Shown here: in pieces, positions 20,657 through 31,088 of the stretch
Layout: each line of letters starts with the position of its first letter
Numbering within the stretch: the stretch's first letter is position 1
NCBI GenBank assembly: GCA_051546255.1
Contig: CP128816.1
Coordinates: 310,001-374,000 of the forward strand
Source: Meyerozyma guilliermondii
Lineage: Eukaryota
Direction: 5' to 3'
DNA length: 64,000 bases
Position numbers and translations under genes: made by a program
The notes under the pieces: generated by a model
What the model was told of the DNA's origin: nothing
Seen by the model: the letters and a program-made list of their open reading frames with translations, nothing else
The model's database searches: none

Positions 20657-20747
20657 CCGTTCTATTATTGGAACAGACCCAATTCGGCTACATGCACTCA
20701 CCCTCACTATCTCGTAATTTTCGCGATAGGATAATTTCCTCTCTGAC

Positions 20748-23552
20748 ATGTCGTTCTGGGATAACAATAAAGAGACATTCAAGTCGGCAGGTAAAGCCAC
20801 GGCGGTAGGGATTGGTAAAGGAAGCAAGCTTGTTGCCAAGTCAGGTTACAAGACCTACAAAAATTATGATGCCAAACGTAAAGGTCAAACTCCTAGTGAA
20901 CCTGGAGCCGAAGAAAAGCTGGCCCCTATAGGTCAGCCAATCAATACTGTGGACGTTAAAAGTCTTCCATTGCCTCCAAAGCGTGTTGCTCCAGCGTACG
21001 AGGTGCCGGCTTTTGGAGAACCTTCGAAGTACGCAGGTGTTCAACAAACCTACCAGCAGGGACAGGGTCAGCCTCAGGGCCAGAATTACGCCCCTCGGGG
21101 CCATTTTCCGCACGGTCAAGTACAACAGCCAGGTCAATTTTCTCAGCAAGGTCAGCAAATACAACCTCAAACCTATGCTCCTCAATCACAACCCCAACAG
21201 ACCCAGTTTCCTCCACAACCTCAATTCACCCCACCTCAAGCTCAGCTTCCTGAGGATCCTATGAACTCCCCGGTGGCACCTCCGGCGTACTCTGCTGGAC
21301 AAGCTCCGCCTCCTCCGCCTCGACAAACAAGCTTTCAGGAACCGGCTCAGTCGCCCGGCCCAGTCGTGAATCAGCAGATCCCTCAAAGAATACAACCAGC
21401 TACACCAAATGCTGCCGCTAATTTAGGGTCTCAACCCCAACCTCTTACTGTGGAAACTCCTGCTGCCTCATATTCTCTGCTGCAAAACCCCTCATATTCT
21501 CTACAGCTACAGGGTCAGCCCTCTTCTCAGCCTTCCTATTCTCAGCCGTTAAGTCAGCCGGTGCAAGCCACGAATAGCCAGCGTCAGAACGGCCAAATTC
21601 AAGCGGCTCCTCCATATACCCAACCAGCTGTTGCGGCTAACTTTCTGGGCTCAAATTTGCATCAGCCAACTAACGTGGTGCCTGAAGAGCAGCCAGAGCA
21701 GAAACCGAAAAGACCGCTTCCAGATCCCACGCTGTTCGCTCCTCCGCCTGTTCGCAGAGATAGGCCAGTCACAGCTCTGGTTACCAGCAAACGGCCCTCG
21801 CATGCCCCATCGCAACCTCCCATTTCCCCCACATTTTCAGGAAGTTCAAATAAGAGCCTGAGTAATCCTCCTCCCCCTCCGGCCAGAACTCAGCCTTTGC
21901 CGGCGGTGTCTTTTCCTCCTCCTCCTCCGCCATCTTACCGTGCTGCATTATCACCCCAATCTTCCAGTCAACCTGCAATTGCTTCGAATTCTCCTTCATA
22001 TTCACAGCATGTAGCAAAAGACGGGCCACAAGAAGCCAACCTTGGTTCTGAGGAAACAATCACGCAACCTGTCAAGCCGCCTAAGCCATCGAAAAAACCG
22101 GCACATTTAACCAATCAATCGACAGCAGATTCTGCCGTCAACCCAACGCAGACAGCAGTTGATCCAATGCAGGCAGGTATTATAGGGGAACTAGCAGCTC
22201 GCAATGACCGGCGACATGATGGGGCTGAAAACAAAGTCCCGACATCAGAAAACGTTACGCCAATCAAAACAGTGCCTGAAAAAAGAGCAAAGCCAGAAAT
22301 CAAAGCGAAAACTGAAAAACCTCCAAGTAAACCTAAACCAGAAATCAAAGCAAAACCAGAGCTAAAACCAAAGCCAGCAATCGAACAAAGACCAGAAATC
22401 AAACCAGAACCAGCAACAGAACCAAAACTAGAAATCAGGGAAGACACTTCAGTGAACAATACAGCTTCAAAGATTCTGCATTCGTCTACTGTGTCAGAAT
22501 TAGAGGCTCGTTTCAAAAAATTCGCCATTCCTGCTGTCAGTGACGACTCGGATTCCACTACTCGAAAGCCACCTGTGGTGAAGCCAAAGCCCACACTTCC
22601 ACAAAAGCCGAATCTTTTGAAGACTCACACCGGTAATGTGACTCCACCGCCAGCACCACCATCACGGAATGGTTCTCGTGCATCAATGAGTCCTGCTTCA
22701 TCAGTTGCATCGACACCCCCTCCTCCTCCACCGCCAAGAACCTACAAACGGGAAAAAGCTGCAATTCCTTTTCCTCAGCGGTCTGTCTCAGAACCGCCAA
22801 AGTTGGACCTTGAGCTTTCGAGCGGTTGGTTTATGAATACTACTGGACCACTTGAGCTCCCTAAGGCATTGACCGGCCTCAACTATACCACCTCCTATTC
22901 CTATAGCCTGTTTGGTGGTAGTTCACAGCTGACTCGAACCGTTAGTATCAGGCTCCCTGACTTGGCTATTGTTCTGTACGATATCAAGTGGAACGACAAA
23001 GATAGCTCCTCAGCACATGTTGAAATATCACGATTCTTATCCTCTCCACTTCAAGCACCAATCTCAACCAACGAACTCATCCAGGCAAATCAACAGTTTG
23101 GCGAGCACATCGCTGCTTGGACGGAGCATAATATGGGAAACAAAGTGGCTACAGGAGAATGCTGGGATGTGGCACAAAAGGCCCTTCAGAAAGGGTGTGG
23201 AAATCATGCGTTTGTTTCCACATACTACCACCATGGTTTCCCCATATTAACAGCCACTGGATCACCATCGGGACCATCTTATTCAGCTTCACCACTTGAT
23301 GAAATAAGAAGAGGAGATATTCTTCAATTCAAATCGTGTACTTTTACAAGCTCAGCAGGAACTCAAATTGTAGGGGACCCCGATCACACGTCTGTGGTGC
23401 TAGAAGTTGCCTCGGGAGTAATTCATGTTGGTGAGCAGAATGTCAATGGAAAACGGTACGTAGTCAGAGGAAAGTACGTGGTTGAAAACTTGAAAAAGGG
23501 CACTTTGACCGTTTATCGCTCCATGCCACGGGCATGGGGTGGAGATTTGTAA
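20748..23552 (+). CDS. AIM3: AIM3/BBC1-like proline-rich actin-associated protein with C-terminal cysteine-proteinase-fold domain
   Basis: N-terminus MSFWDNNKETFKSAGKAT resembles Aim3; long PxxP/poly-Pro region; C-terminal GECWD...DHTSVV...EQN domain. Confidence 0.7.
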   Translation: MSFWDNNKETFKSAGKATAVGIGKGSKLVAKSGYKTYKNYDAKRKGQTPSEPGAEEKLAPIGQPINTVDVKSLPLPPKRVAPAYEVPAFGEPSKYAGVQQTYQQGQGQPQGQNYAPRGHFPHGQVQQPGQFSQQGQQIQPQTYAPQSQPQQTQFPPQPQFTPPQAQLPEDPMNSPVAPPAYSAGQAPPPPPRQTSFQEPAQSPGPVVNQQIPQRIQPATPNAAANLGSQPQPLTVETPAASYSLLQNPSYSLQLQGQPSSQPSYSQPLSQPVQATNSQRQNGQIQAAPPYTQPAVAANFLGSNLHQPTNVVPEEQPEQKPKRPLPDPTLFAPPPVRRDRPVTALVTSKRPSHAPSQPPISPTFSGSSNKSLSNPPPPPARTQPLPAVSFPPPPPPSYRAALSPQSSSQPAIASNSPSYSQHVAKDGPQEANLGSEETITQPVKPPKPSKKPAHLTNQSTADSAVNPTQTAVDPMQAGIIGELAARNDRRHDGAENKVPTSENVTPIKTVPEKRAKPEIKAKTEKPPSKPKPEIKAKPELKPKPAIEQRPEIKPEPATEPKLEIREDTSVNNTASKILHSSTVSELEARFKKFAIPAVSDDSDSTTRKPPVVKPKPTLPQKPNLLKTHTGNVTPPPAPPSRNGSRASMSPASSVASTPPPPPPPRTYKREKAAIPFPQRSVSEPPKLDLELSSGWFMNTTGPLELPKALTGLNYTTSYSYSLFGGSSQLTRTVSIRLPDLAIVLYDIKWNDKDSSSAHVEISRFLSSPLQAPISTNELIQANQQFGEHIAAWTEHNMGNKVATGECWDVAQKALQKGCGNHAFVSTYYHHGFPILTATGSPSGPSYSASPLDEIRRGDILQFKSCTFTSSAGTQIVGDPDHTSVVLEVASGVIHVGEQNVNGKRYVVRGKYVVENLKKGTLTVYRSMPRAWGGDL
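22285..22438 (+). repeat. Degenerate 18-nt coding repeat (KPEIKA/KPELKP) in AIM3-like gene
   Basis: AKPEIKAK...KPKPEIKAKPELKPKPAIEQRPEIKPEPATEPKLEIR; repeated ccagaaatcaaa. Confidence 0.65.
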
Positions 23553-23741
23553 GATAGACCATATCTACCATATATATCTTTTGTATATCTCAGCAATTGT
23601 ATTCTGGCTCGGTTTCTTTCAACTAGTAACTTCAGTTTTGTTATCTCTGCTTCTTCATCTTCCTCCCCACATTCACCGTGTGCAGGCAATCTCATCGGCA
23701 TCGCTTCGAGTTCGCGATGCCTCGATTTTACTAATTGACAT

Positions 23742-25415
23742 ATGGACGCTGCACCAGCGCTTTCTACGCATCAGGATGAGGCCACGTTCCAGTTTGATAA
23801 GGTCTCAACCAAGAAAAAGCTAAGGAACCACTTGGAAGTTGGTGATAATGTAGAATACAGCGAATTAGTAGCTGCCATTCGAGATTACTACAGTCTAGAT
23901 CAAGTAGAAGAATACCTTCTGGCTACTAACCACCAAAATTATCTCTTCAAACATATAACTTTGCAGTTCCCTGATGAGCTTTTAATGGACGCCGCTACGG
24001 TGGTGCATGAATTACAGCGAAATTTGTCACAAATACAAGTTATGAACACAATTGCAAAAAACGATGAACCCATGGAAAATTGTCAAGAAAAGAGTTGTGG
24101 ATGCCGTGGCAATCTGGTTGATACTACTAATGGCCAGAGGCTCTGGATACTAGCCGACACGTCGTACTCGCCTTGTTGCATTGACGAAGTGGCTGCTGAA
24201 CATGCGAACAGCGATTTGGTGGTTCATTTTGGTGATGCCTGTCTCAACCCTGTGGACAAAGTGAGAGCTGCATACGTTCTAGGGAAGCCCAAGTTTGACG
24301 CTGGATCATTTCGAGAAAAATTCAAGGAGAAATTTATCGACTCCAATGCCAAAGTTGTAGTTATGGCTGATGCCCCATTTACTCGATATCTCAGACAATT
24401 TTATGACGACTTCAAATCGTTGTATCCGAATCTAGTGATTGCTGAGCTCTACCAGGAAGCAGGATCGTTACATGATATTATCGATTACAAGCCAATGAAA
24501 TCTTCTGGATTGCAAACTTTAAACAGAACTTTTGAAGGTGGGTTGAACCTGCTTGAAGACTTAAAAGACTACAGTCTACTCCACATAACAAGACCACACG
24601 ACCCCAGACTACTTCAGCTTACCACCAGATTCTCCCTGGTGTCCATATATGACCCCTTCACGAAAGAAATCGTTGATGGTCCCTACCCCAATTTAATGAG
24701 AAGATATCGCTACATGCATATGGCCAGATCTGCCGGAACCATTGGTATTCTTGTTAATACCCTTTCGTTGAGCAACACCAAGACGCTCTTGAATGCCATT
24801 CTGTCCAAAATACGAGAAGCTGGCAAAAAGTACTACATGTTTGTGGTTGGAAAGCCCAATGTGGCCAAGCTTGCCAACTTTGAGAACGTTGAACTTTGGT
24901 GTGTTCTTGGCTGTGACCACCAGGGAATCATTATAGACCAACTGAACGAGTACTTCAAACCGATAATAACTCCGTACGAGTTGATTTTGGCATTAAATGA
25001 CGAGGTGGAATGGACAGGACAATGGGTAACCGAGTTCAATACCGTTCTTGATCAACTTCAAAACGACGAAACCCTACAAGAGAACAAAGATGGGGACGAA
25101 AGTGACGAAGAACCTGTTTTCGATCCCGTTACCGGAACTTTTGTAAGCACTTCGAAACCTCTCAGAAGAATTGAGCATTTGAGAGTTACCATGAATGGTG
25201 AGAAAAACGAGCCACTGAATAATAGTTTAGTGGAGCGGTTTTCCAACACCGTTGCTATCAAGGGCACGGTATCGACGTCTGCCATGCACTTGCAAAACCG
25301 CGAGTGGACGGGTCTTGGCAGTGATTTCGTAGACGACGAAGAAGGTGCCATTGTTGAAGAAGGTAGAGGAGGAATTGCCCGAGGCTACGACTACGATCGA
25401 GAAGTACATAAATAG
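23742..25415 (+). CDS. DPH2: Diphthamide synthesis protein Dph2
   Basis: ITLQFPDELL, ILADTSYSPCCIDEVAAEH, VVGKPNVAKLANF, GRGGIARGY. Confidence 0.93.
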   Translation: MDAAPALSTHQDEATFQFDKVSTKKKLRNHLEVGDNVEYSELVAAIRDYYSLDQVEEYLLATNHQNYLFKHITLQFPDELLMDAATVVHELQRNLSQIQVMNTIAKNDEPMENCQEKSCGCRGNLVDTTNGQRLWILADTSYSPCCIDEVAAEHANSDLVVHFGDACLNPVDKVRAAYVLGKPKFDAGSFREKFKEKFIDSNAKVVVMADAPFTRYLRQFYDDFKSLYPNLVIAELYQEAGSLHDIIDYKPMKSSGLQTLNRTFEGGLNLLEDLKDYSLLHITRPHDPRLLQLTTRFSLVSIYDPFTKEIVDGPYPNLMRRYRYMHMARSAGTIGILVNTLSLSNTKTLLNAILSKIREAGKKYYMFVVGKPNVAKLANFENVELWCVLGCDHQGIIIDQLNEYFKPIITPYELILALNDEVEWTGQWVTEFNTVLDQLQNDETLQENKDGDESDEEPVFDPVTGTFVSTSKPLRRIEHLRVTMNGEKNEPLNNSLVERFSNTVAIKGTVSTSAMHLQNREWTGLGSDFVDDEEGAIVEEGRGGIARGYDYDREVHK

Positions 25416-25424
25416 CATGTTGAA

Positions 25425-25999
25425 TTAAAGATTCTTCTTCTGCAATTTCTCCACCTCAGATTTCAAAAACTTGGTCATTTCTTCTTGTTTGTAGTACCCA
25501 AAGCCATCAAACAACTTTGTGAATTCGATGCTGGTTTCGGATGTCATTGCCTCCCCATCAATTTTAGAAACTTCTATACGTACAAAGTAAGTCGGGGTGT
25601 GCTTGCGGGTCCACGTAGCAATTGATATCTTTTCCCCGTTGTCAGAATATCCCACAAACTTGTTGTTCTTGTACTTTGGATGGTATGTCAAGTAGTAGTA
25701 GAACAAGCTTAAAAGCCCATATATGCAAACAGATATCACTGTTACATTGAATGTGCGCTCAAATCCGTATTTCTTGTCGACATAGAACAAGAGTCCAGCA
25801 ATCATTACAGATACAAGTCCCGTGGCTAGCTTTGTATCGGTGAGAAGAAACGACTGGGAGTAGCCCATTTCGCTCATTGACAAGACAAGATTCTCATCGC
25901 AAGAAGTTCGTAATTGGTCAACGGAGCTGCGTTAGTATGGCTTTGAACATAAATAGGTGGCATTGCGTACTTTAGGTTGGTTTTTTTAATGGCTGACAT
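25425..25999 (-). CDS. SPC2: Signal peptidase complex subunit 2; exons 25999-25971 and 25926-25425, 44-nt intron 25970-25927
   Basis: Spliced product MSAIKKTNLNSVDQLRTSCDENL...LTDTKLATG, two TMs; intron GTACGC...TACTAACGCAG keeps frame. Confidence 0.85.
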
Positions 26000-26282
26000 T
26001 GTTAGTCTAGTTGCAACGTTTGAGAATTTTGGGTGCGACTTTTGAGCCGCGCCGGTATACTGTATGTATCTATGAACTGGTGAAAATCACCGTGGTATAT
26101 TGAGCAGCAGTTACCATGAGACGTAAGAGCTCTTCATGGAATTCTGACACGTACTGAAGATTGTTCTTCTGTTTGTTTTCAAAATGGAGGTACATCATGA
26201 GTTTTCATTTTCACCATCGTGAGAGTCCTTTGAACGTGGAAGTTTCCTTAATTCTTTACCATCACTCCTCATCTATGACCCT

Positions 26283-28082
26283 TCACCACGCATTCGAAGA
26301 CAAAAGTATTCTTTTCTTCTTTTTCTTCTTCCCGTTTTCTTTGTTCATATCCTCTCGTGCCCGTCGTATCATTTCACTGGCTTCCCAACTCTCGTGCTCC
26401 TCCATTGCTGCCTCCAACTCAGACTTGCGGATCTTGGTGCCCCAAGGCGTCGACCGGTACTCGCTATCTGACTCTTCAGAATCGCCCATTGATTCAGATG
26501 TAAGAACTGGCAAGTCCGTATAAGCCACATCAAGCGCCTTGAATTGACTCACCATTTCGTCGCTGTTGGTGCCATTCTCCCTTTCGTAAAACGCTCGCGT
26601 ACGTAGTTCTTCTTCATTTAATGCCCTGATTCGATCTTGTTCCTCTTTGCGAAGCTTGCGTGCTGTCGATTGTGATCTCTTCGTTAAGTCGTTTTTGAAC
26701 ATTGTCCATGCTTCGCTGTTGACATAGGGGCTGCCGCGCCAGTTACATTCCATGAACCCAATGGTGGTACCTATAGGAAGATGTGAAAGATATTTGAACT
26801 TGGTCAAAGCTGTTTCCGGAGAAAGTTCGTCGTATCGAATGGTCTCGATCGGAGCCACTATGGAAGTGGGCATGGCAGAGTAGTTTCCGTAAGAGGTCCT
26901 TAGCACCTTCATATCAAGTGGAGAAAGGACATAGATTGTGTTGGAATGAAACCCTGTCTGGTAATATCTGAATGGTTCTGGATCAACCTCGATAGTTTTC
27001 TTTTCGGGCACCACAGGTGCCTTATCTTTTCTGAAAGTTTTCCATGCCTCTAGCTGGGCGTCTATATCATCTAATGCTCTTTGTGTGAATATGTCCTCAC
27101 CGTAAGCGGTTCTTTCCTCTTCTTGAAGAGCCGTAATCTGTGCCCTCTCGGCAGCGAACATCTCTTCAAGGTACTCAGATCCACCACGGAAAACTCTCAG
27201 ATACGAGTCGAACTCATGATCCGAGTTGATCCACGGAAAAGGCTCCACCAACGGGCGTAGTTCTTCCATTGACACCGGTAAAGCCACCAAGCTTGCGTGA
27301 GGTCGGTACATTAGTGTGAGCACTGTTTCCTGGTTAACTTGGGGGATTTCGAACCGTTCGTCCACACTGGAGATCCGCACCGGCTTGACTTCTTTCTTGC
27401 GTATTATCGATGAGCACAAAGGGCATTCTCGATACTTTTCAACCACAGCTGCACCTTGTCGCTTTTGGGCTTGCGGAAGCTCACTCTCCAAGAGGCGAAG
27501 AAGGCATCGAAGACACAAAATATGACCACAAGCCGTCAACATACGGGGTGCTACAAGTTCGTCCGTTAGGCAAATGGGACACTGGTTGCCCCGGTGAGCA
27601 ATTATCTGGAAGATATCTTCGAGTGCAAATGGAATATTGGGGTCTATCTGCTGCGATGCGTAGTTTCCATTACAATCGACCACGAATTTGTAATTTACGT
27701 TAACAAAAGCCATTCCTCGAAGAGACTGGTGCAGTCTACTGGGCCGTCTCTCTTTCTTAGTGTGCTTACGAGATCTGTTCATATGATACTCTTCCAGGTC
27801 CCGGTACGACAGAAAATCGAGAAGATGGTTGATAGAAATCTGGTTTTTCTTTGACGAGCCGTTTACACGCTTTCCGTTACGTAACTGTTGTTCCAAATCC
27901 GATATGTTATCATTAAAAATATCTCTTTTTGGCGGCTTTGCTGCCGTGGTTTTGTTGGATTTGGGGCCCTTTTTTTTGCGGTTTCGAGAATCTAAAGCAG
28001 ACGCCTTGGATCCAGCACCTCCTGCGTCTGTCAAATTCCCGTTTTCAAGCCCCCTATTGAGTTCTGTGGTATTGCCACTCAT
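26283..28082 (-). CDS. MAG2: RING-finger E3 ligase, Mag2/RNF10-like
   Basis: QISINHLLDF, FVNVNYKFVV, CPICL...CGHILCLRC...CPLC, KYLSHLPIG, C-terminal KKKKKRILLSSN. Confidence 0.85.
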   Translation of the reverse strand: MSGNTTELNRGLENGNLTDAGGAGSKASALDSRNRKKKGPKSNKTTAAKPPKRDIFNDNISDLEQQLRNGKRVNGSSKKNQISINHLLDFLSYRDLEEYHMNRSRKHTKKERRPSRLHQSLRGMAFVNVNYKFVVDCNGNYASQQIDPNIPFALEDIFQIIAHRGNQCPICLTDELVAPRMLTACGHILCLRCLLRLLESELPQAQKRQGAAVVEKYRECPLCSSIIRKKEVKPVRISSVDERFEIPQVNQETVLTLMYRPHASLVALPVSMEELRPLVEPFPWINSDHEFDSYLRVFRGGSEYLEEMFAAERAQITALQEEERTAYGEDIFTQRALDDIDAQLEAWKTFRKDKAPVVPEKKTIEVDPEPFRYYQTGFHSNTIYVLSPLDMKVLRTSYGNYSAMPTSIVAPIETIRYDELSPETALTKFKYLSHLPIGTTIGFMECNWRGSPYVNSEAWTMFKNDLTKRSQSTARKLRKEEQDRIRALNEEELRTRAFYERENGTNSDEMVSQFKALDVAYTDLPVLTSESMGDSEESDSEYRSTPWGTKIRKSELEAAMEEHESWEASEMIRRAREDMNKENGKKKKKKRILLSSNAW

Positions 28083-28218
28083 GGTGGATGGTACATCAAA
28101 TCGGTTGCACGCGAGAAACTCGTGGGGGCCCGCAGCCAGTGTGGGTGCACCGGTGCGCATAATCCTAGGTTCCCGAGGGCGCTTTCTGTGAGGTAACTAT
28201 CACAGCCCCAACTTTCCT

Positions 28219-30669
28219 ATGACGTACCAGCATCTTCCAGGTATGCCGGTGGATCCTCCAGGCTACATAGATGACCATGGAGGATCGGCAAATACACAGG
28301 AGGTTTCGGCGTCGATTTTCGAGCAGTTTGAAATAGAAGACGAAGCGGTGGAGCGTGACAGTTTTATGGTACGAGCGTCTTTAATGACAAAGAAATTTGT
28401 TTATGGCTTCAGTTCTCGTGTGGTTCATCCTGTATCACGGCTCATTGACCCGATGTACGAACTTTATAAGTTTTTGTATTCGAAATACGAGGTTTCCGTT
28501 CAAAAAATAGGTAACCCTTTGGTGGTCAATCGGCTATTATATGTGTTTTCCATCATGATAATTATGTTTTTCGTGTCACGATATAGTTCTCGTGACGGTG
28601 TGAATGGCTCTAGTGGCGGGGCTTTTTCTCAAAATGAACTTTTCGACAGAGTTATGCTTGGCGACTCCATCAAGTCCAAAATCAATACCGCTTCAATGAA
28701 GGAAAATTTGGAGTATCTCTCGTCAATGCCCCACATTGCCGGCACCCGGGGTGATCTCGCGTTGGCCCGCTACGTTGAGTCGCTTATGAACAGCAACGGC
28801 TTGCGCCATGTTCTGCTTGAAGAACTTCAGGCTTCCATTAACTATCCTCAACATGACCCCAAGAAGACCTACGTGAGCCTTGGAGATGGTTCGTGGTCCG
28901 CTACTCTTAACGAACTTCACAATAACGATATGCATTATCTCGCCTATAACCCCAATAGTTTGGCAACTAACGACCCTCAAGAAGGCACTTACTATTATGC
29001 AAACTACGGTACTCCAAGTGACTTTGAAAAGCTTCAAGCTAACGACATACAGATCAAGGACTCCATCTTGCTCATACGCTACGGCGGAGACTTTCCAGAA
29101 GCCAACAAGGTCCAGTTGGCACACGAGCACGGCGTGAGGGCCGTCGTATTTATCACTCCTCAATTCGAGCTCGGAAAAAAGGGAAATGCAGAAAAAGTTG
29201 ACGATGTGATTCAGCGACAAGGTGTTGGACGCGCTCGTGTCAGTCCTGGAGATGTTCTTACTCCGGGGTGGTCGTCTCAAGATGGGTTTGTCACCCGCTT
29301 ACCGTGGTTCAAATCAGAAACCACTCCCAAAATACCCACTATTCCCATCTCGTATCTGGATGGAGAGAAACTACTTGCACGGTTGGAGAAAAGCGGTGCT
29401 TCCTTTGGCGATTATCATTCTGGGGTTCAATCTACAGCTTCAGATCGTCTGCTTCGTGTTCTGGTCGGTGACAATGAGTGGATGATTCACCAGATTTGGA
29501 ACGTTGTAGGTTCCATTGAAGGTCGCGAACAGAGTCAGCAAGCGATCATCATTGGAGCGGGCCGTGACGCTGGCTGTTTTGGAACGATGGGTGCTAATAC
29601 TGGCACTGTAGTATTGATTGAAATGATGAAGGTTTTCACTGCTTTGCAAAGACAGTGGTCGTGGTCGCCTCTGCGGCTGATACACTTTGTGCTGTTTGAT
29701 GCTACAAACTACAATTTAGCAGGCTCCACAGAATGGGTGGAAAGCACCAAGGAACTGTTGATGAAGCAAGGGTACACCTATATTGATCTTAGTGATGCCA
29801 TAGCTGGGAATGATTTGCAGGTACAATCGCACCCATTTTTGTCAGACGTTATCAATCAAGCATTGAGTAAAGTGAAGCAACTGGATAAAAAGTCCTTGCT
29901 AGAGGTTTACAGGAGCAAACATGGCGATAAGTTTCCATATGAGATGTTAAGGTTGCGCAATTACTTGCCGTTCATCAACTTTGTCAACATGCCAGCGATT
30001 GAAATTCGGTTTACAGGTTACAAATACCCCGAGAATTCATGCTACGACAGCTTTGAAAGGTTTGAGTCGGCAGAGATAGACCCTAAGATGGAGAAACATG
30101 CACAGTTGGTGGAAGTTCTTTCACTCGTGGCGCTTGAACTTGCAGAGTCTCCTATCATACCATTCAATTTCCTCAATCTTGTGGCTCGAGTAGAGGATTA
30201 CAAGAAAGATATGGAAAGGTACATTAACGAGATGATAGAGGCAGGAAGTAAAAAGGCGAGACCAACGATCCATTACGAAGGACTTGCAAATTCCATTAAT
30301 ATATTGGAATCCGCCGCACGAGCTATCCACAAGTGGTACGAGGCTTGGGCTAACTACTTGCAAGAAAGTGCTGATATGGAGCCAAGTATGCTTGCCTTGA
30401 ATCGATGGAAGTGGAATGAAAATCTCATCAGATTTAACGAGTATTTCATTCAGCGTCAAACCAAACCAAAGCGAGCAGGTTACCGCAACGTTCTATTTGG
30501 TGTGTCTTATGCAGCACCAGTGGAAGCACAGAAAGATCATAGTTGGAATTCGTTTCCTCAAGTACGGGACAACGCTTATTCACAGCAATATGGAGAGGTC
30601 CAGAAAGAGATCGATAACTTGGCAAATGCAATAGCATATGCAGCAGAACAGGTTACGAGAATTCAATAG
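28219..30669 (+). CDS. Transferrin-receptor-like M28/PA-domain type II membrane protein (Tre1/Tre2-like)
   Basis: N-terminal PPGY (PPxY) motif, single TM, SMPHIAGT, YANYG, PGDVLTPGW, IWNVVGSIEG. Confidence 0.8.
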   Translation: MTYQHLPGMPVDPPGYIDDHGGSANTQEVSASIFEQFEIEDEAVERDSFMVRASLMTKKFVYGFSSRVVHPVSRLIDPMYELYKFLYSKYEVSVQKIGNPLVVNRLLYVFSIMIIMFFVSRYSSRDGVNGSSGGAFSQNELFDRVMLGDSIKSKINTASMKENLEYLSSMPHIAGTRGDLALARYVESLMNSNGLRHVLLEELQASINYPQHDPKKTYVSLGDGSWSATLNELHNNDMHYLAYNPNSLATNDPQEGTYYYANYGTPSDFEKLQANDIQIKDSILLIRYGGDFPEANKVQLAHEHGVRAVVFITPQFELGKKGNAEKVDDVIQRQGVGRARVSPGDVLTPGWSSQDGFVTRLPWFKSETTPKIPTIPISYLDGEKLLARLEKSGASFGDYHSGVQSTASDRLLRVLVGDNEWMIHQIWNVVGSIEGREQSQQAIIIGAGRDAGCFGTMGANTGTVVLIEMMKVFTALQRQWSWSPLRLIHFVLFDATNYNLAGSTEWVESTKELLMKQGYTYIDLSDAIAGNDLQVQSHPFLSDVINQALSKVKQLDKKSLLEVYRSKHGDKFPYEMLRLRNYLPFINFVNMPAIEIRFTGYKYPENSCYDSFERFESAEIDPKMEKHAQLVEVLSLVALELAESPIIPFNFLNLVARVEDYKKDMERYINEMIEAGSKKARPTIHYEGLANSINILESAARAIHKWYEAWANYLQESADMEPSMLALNRWKWNENLIRFNEYFIQRQTKPKRAGYRNVLFGVSYAAPVEAQKDHSWNSFPQVRDNAYSQQYGEVQKEIDNLANAIAYAAEQVTRIQ

Positions 30670-30814
30670 AGTAATGAATGTATTATAGACTAAGTAGGAA
30701 GATATGCCGAAAGAGAGATGTAGAAAACTGCTAGTCAAGAACAAGATTAGTATTCAATGGTGAAGGCTAGTCCGACATTGAAGAGCAGTCTGGTCGAAGA
30801 ACGAATCAGAAATC

Positions 30815-30897
30815 CTCTCGGTGGCCAAGCTGGCTAAGGCGCGAGACTGTAACTTCTAGTAATCTTGAGATCGGGTGTTCGACTCACCCCCGGGAGA
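30815..30897 (+). tRNA. tRNA-Tyr(GTA) with 9-nt intron (30853-30861)
   Basis: CTCTCGG/CCGGGAG acceptor stem, D-arm GCCAAGCTGGCTAAGGC, anticodon GTA 30849-30851, T-loop GTTCGAC, followed by a T-run Pol III terminator. Confidence 0.95.
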
Positions 30898-31088
30898 TTT
30901 CTTTTTTTTGCAAAATTACTAAAGCACACAACGACTAACCGTTATTAAGGTGATGTTAATTTTTGCATTAGATTGAAGATTAAGAAAGAAACATTACGTA
31001 CAAAGAATATTTTGAGTGCACTAATCTTTTTTTATCTTTTTCTCCTCTAACTTCATTTTGCGAAATTTCAGAATCTTACATTTGCAGT

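Noticed and set aside
26079..26139. Two small hairpins (GGTGA-aaa-TCACC; CCATGA...TCATGG) between MAG2 and SPC2
   Set aside because: No convincing H/ACA or C/D boxes; stems this short arise by chance
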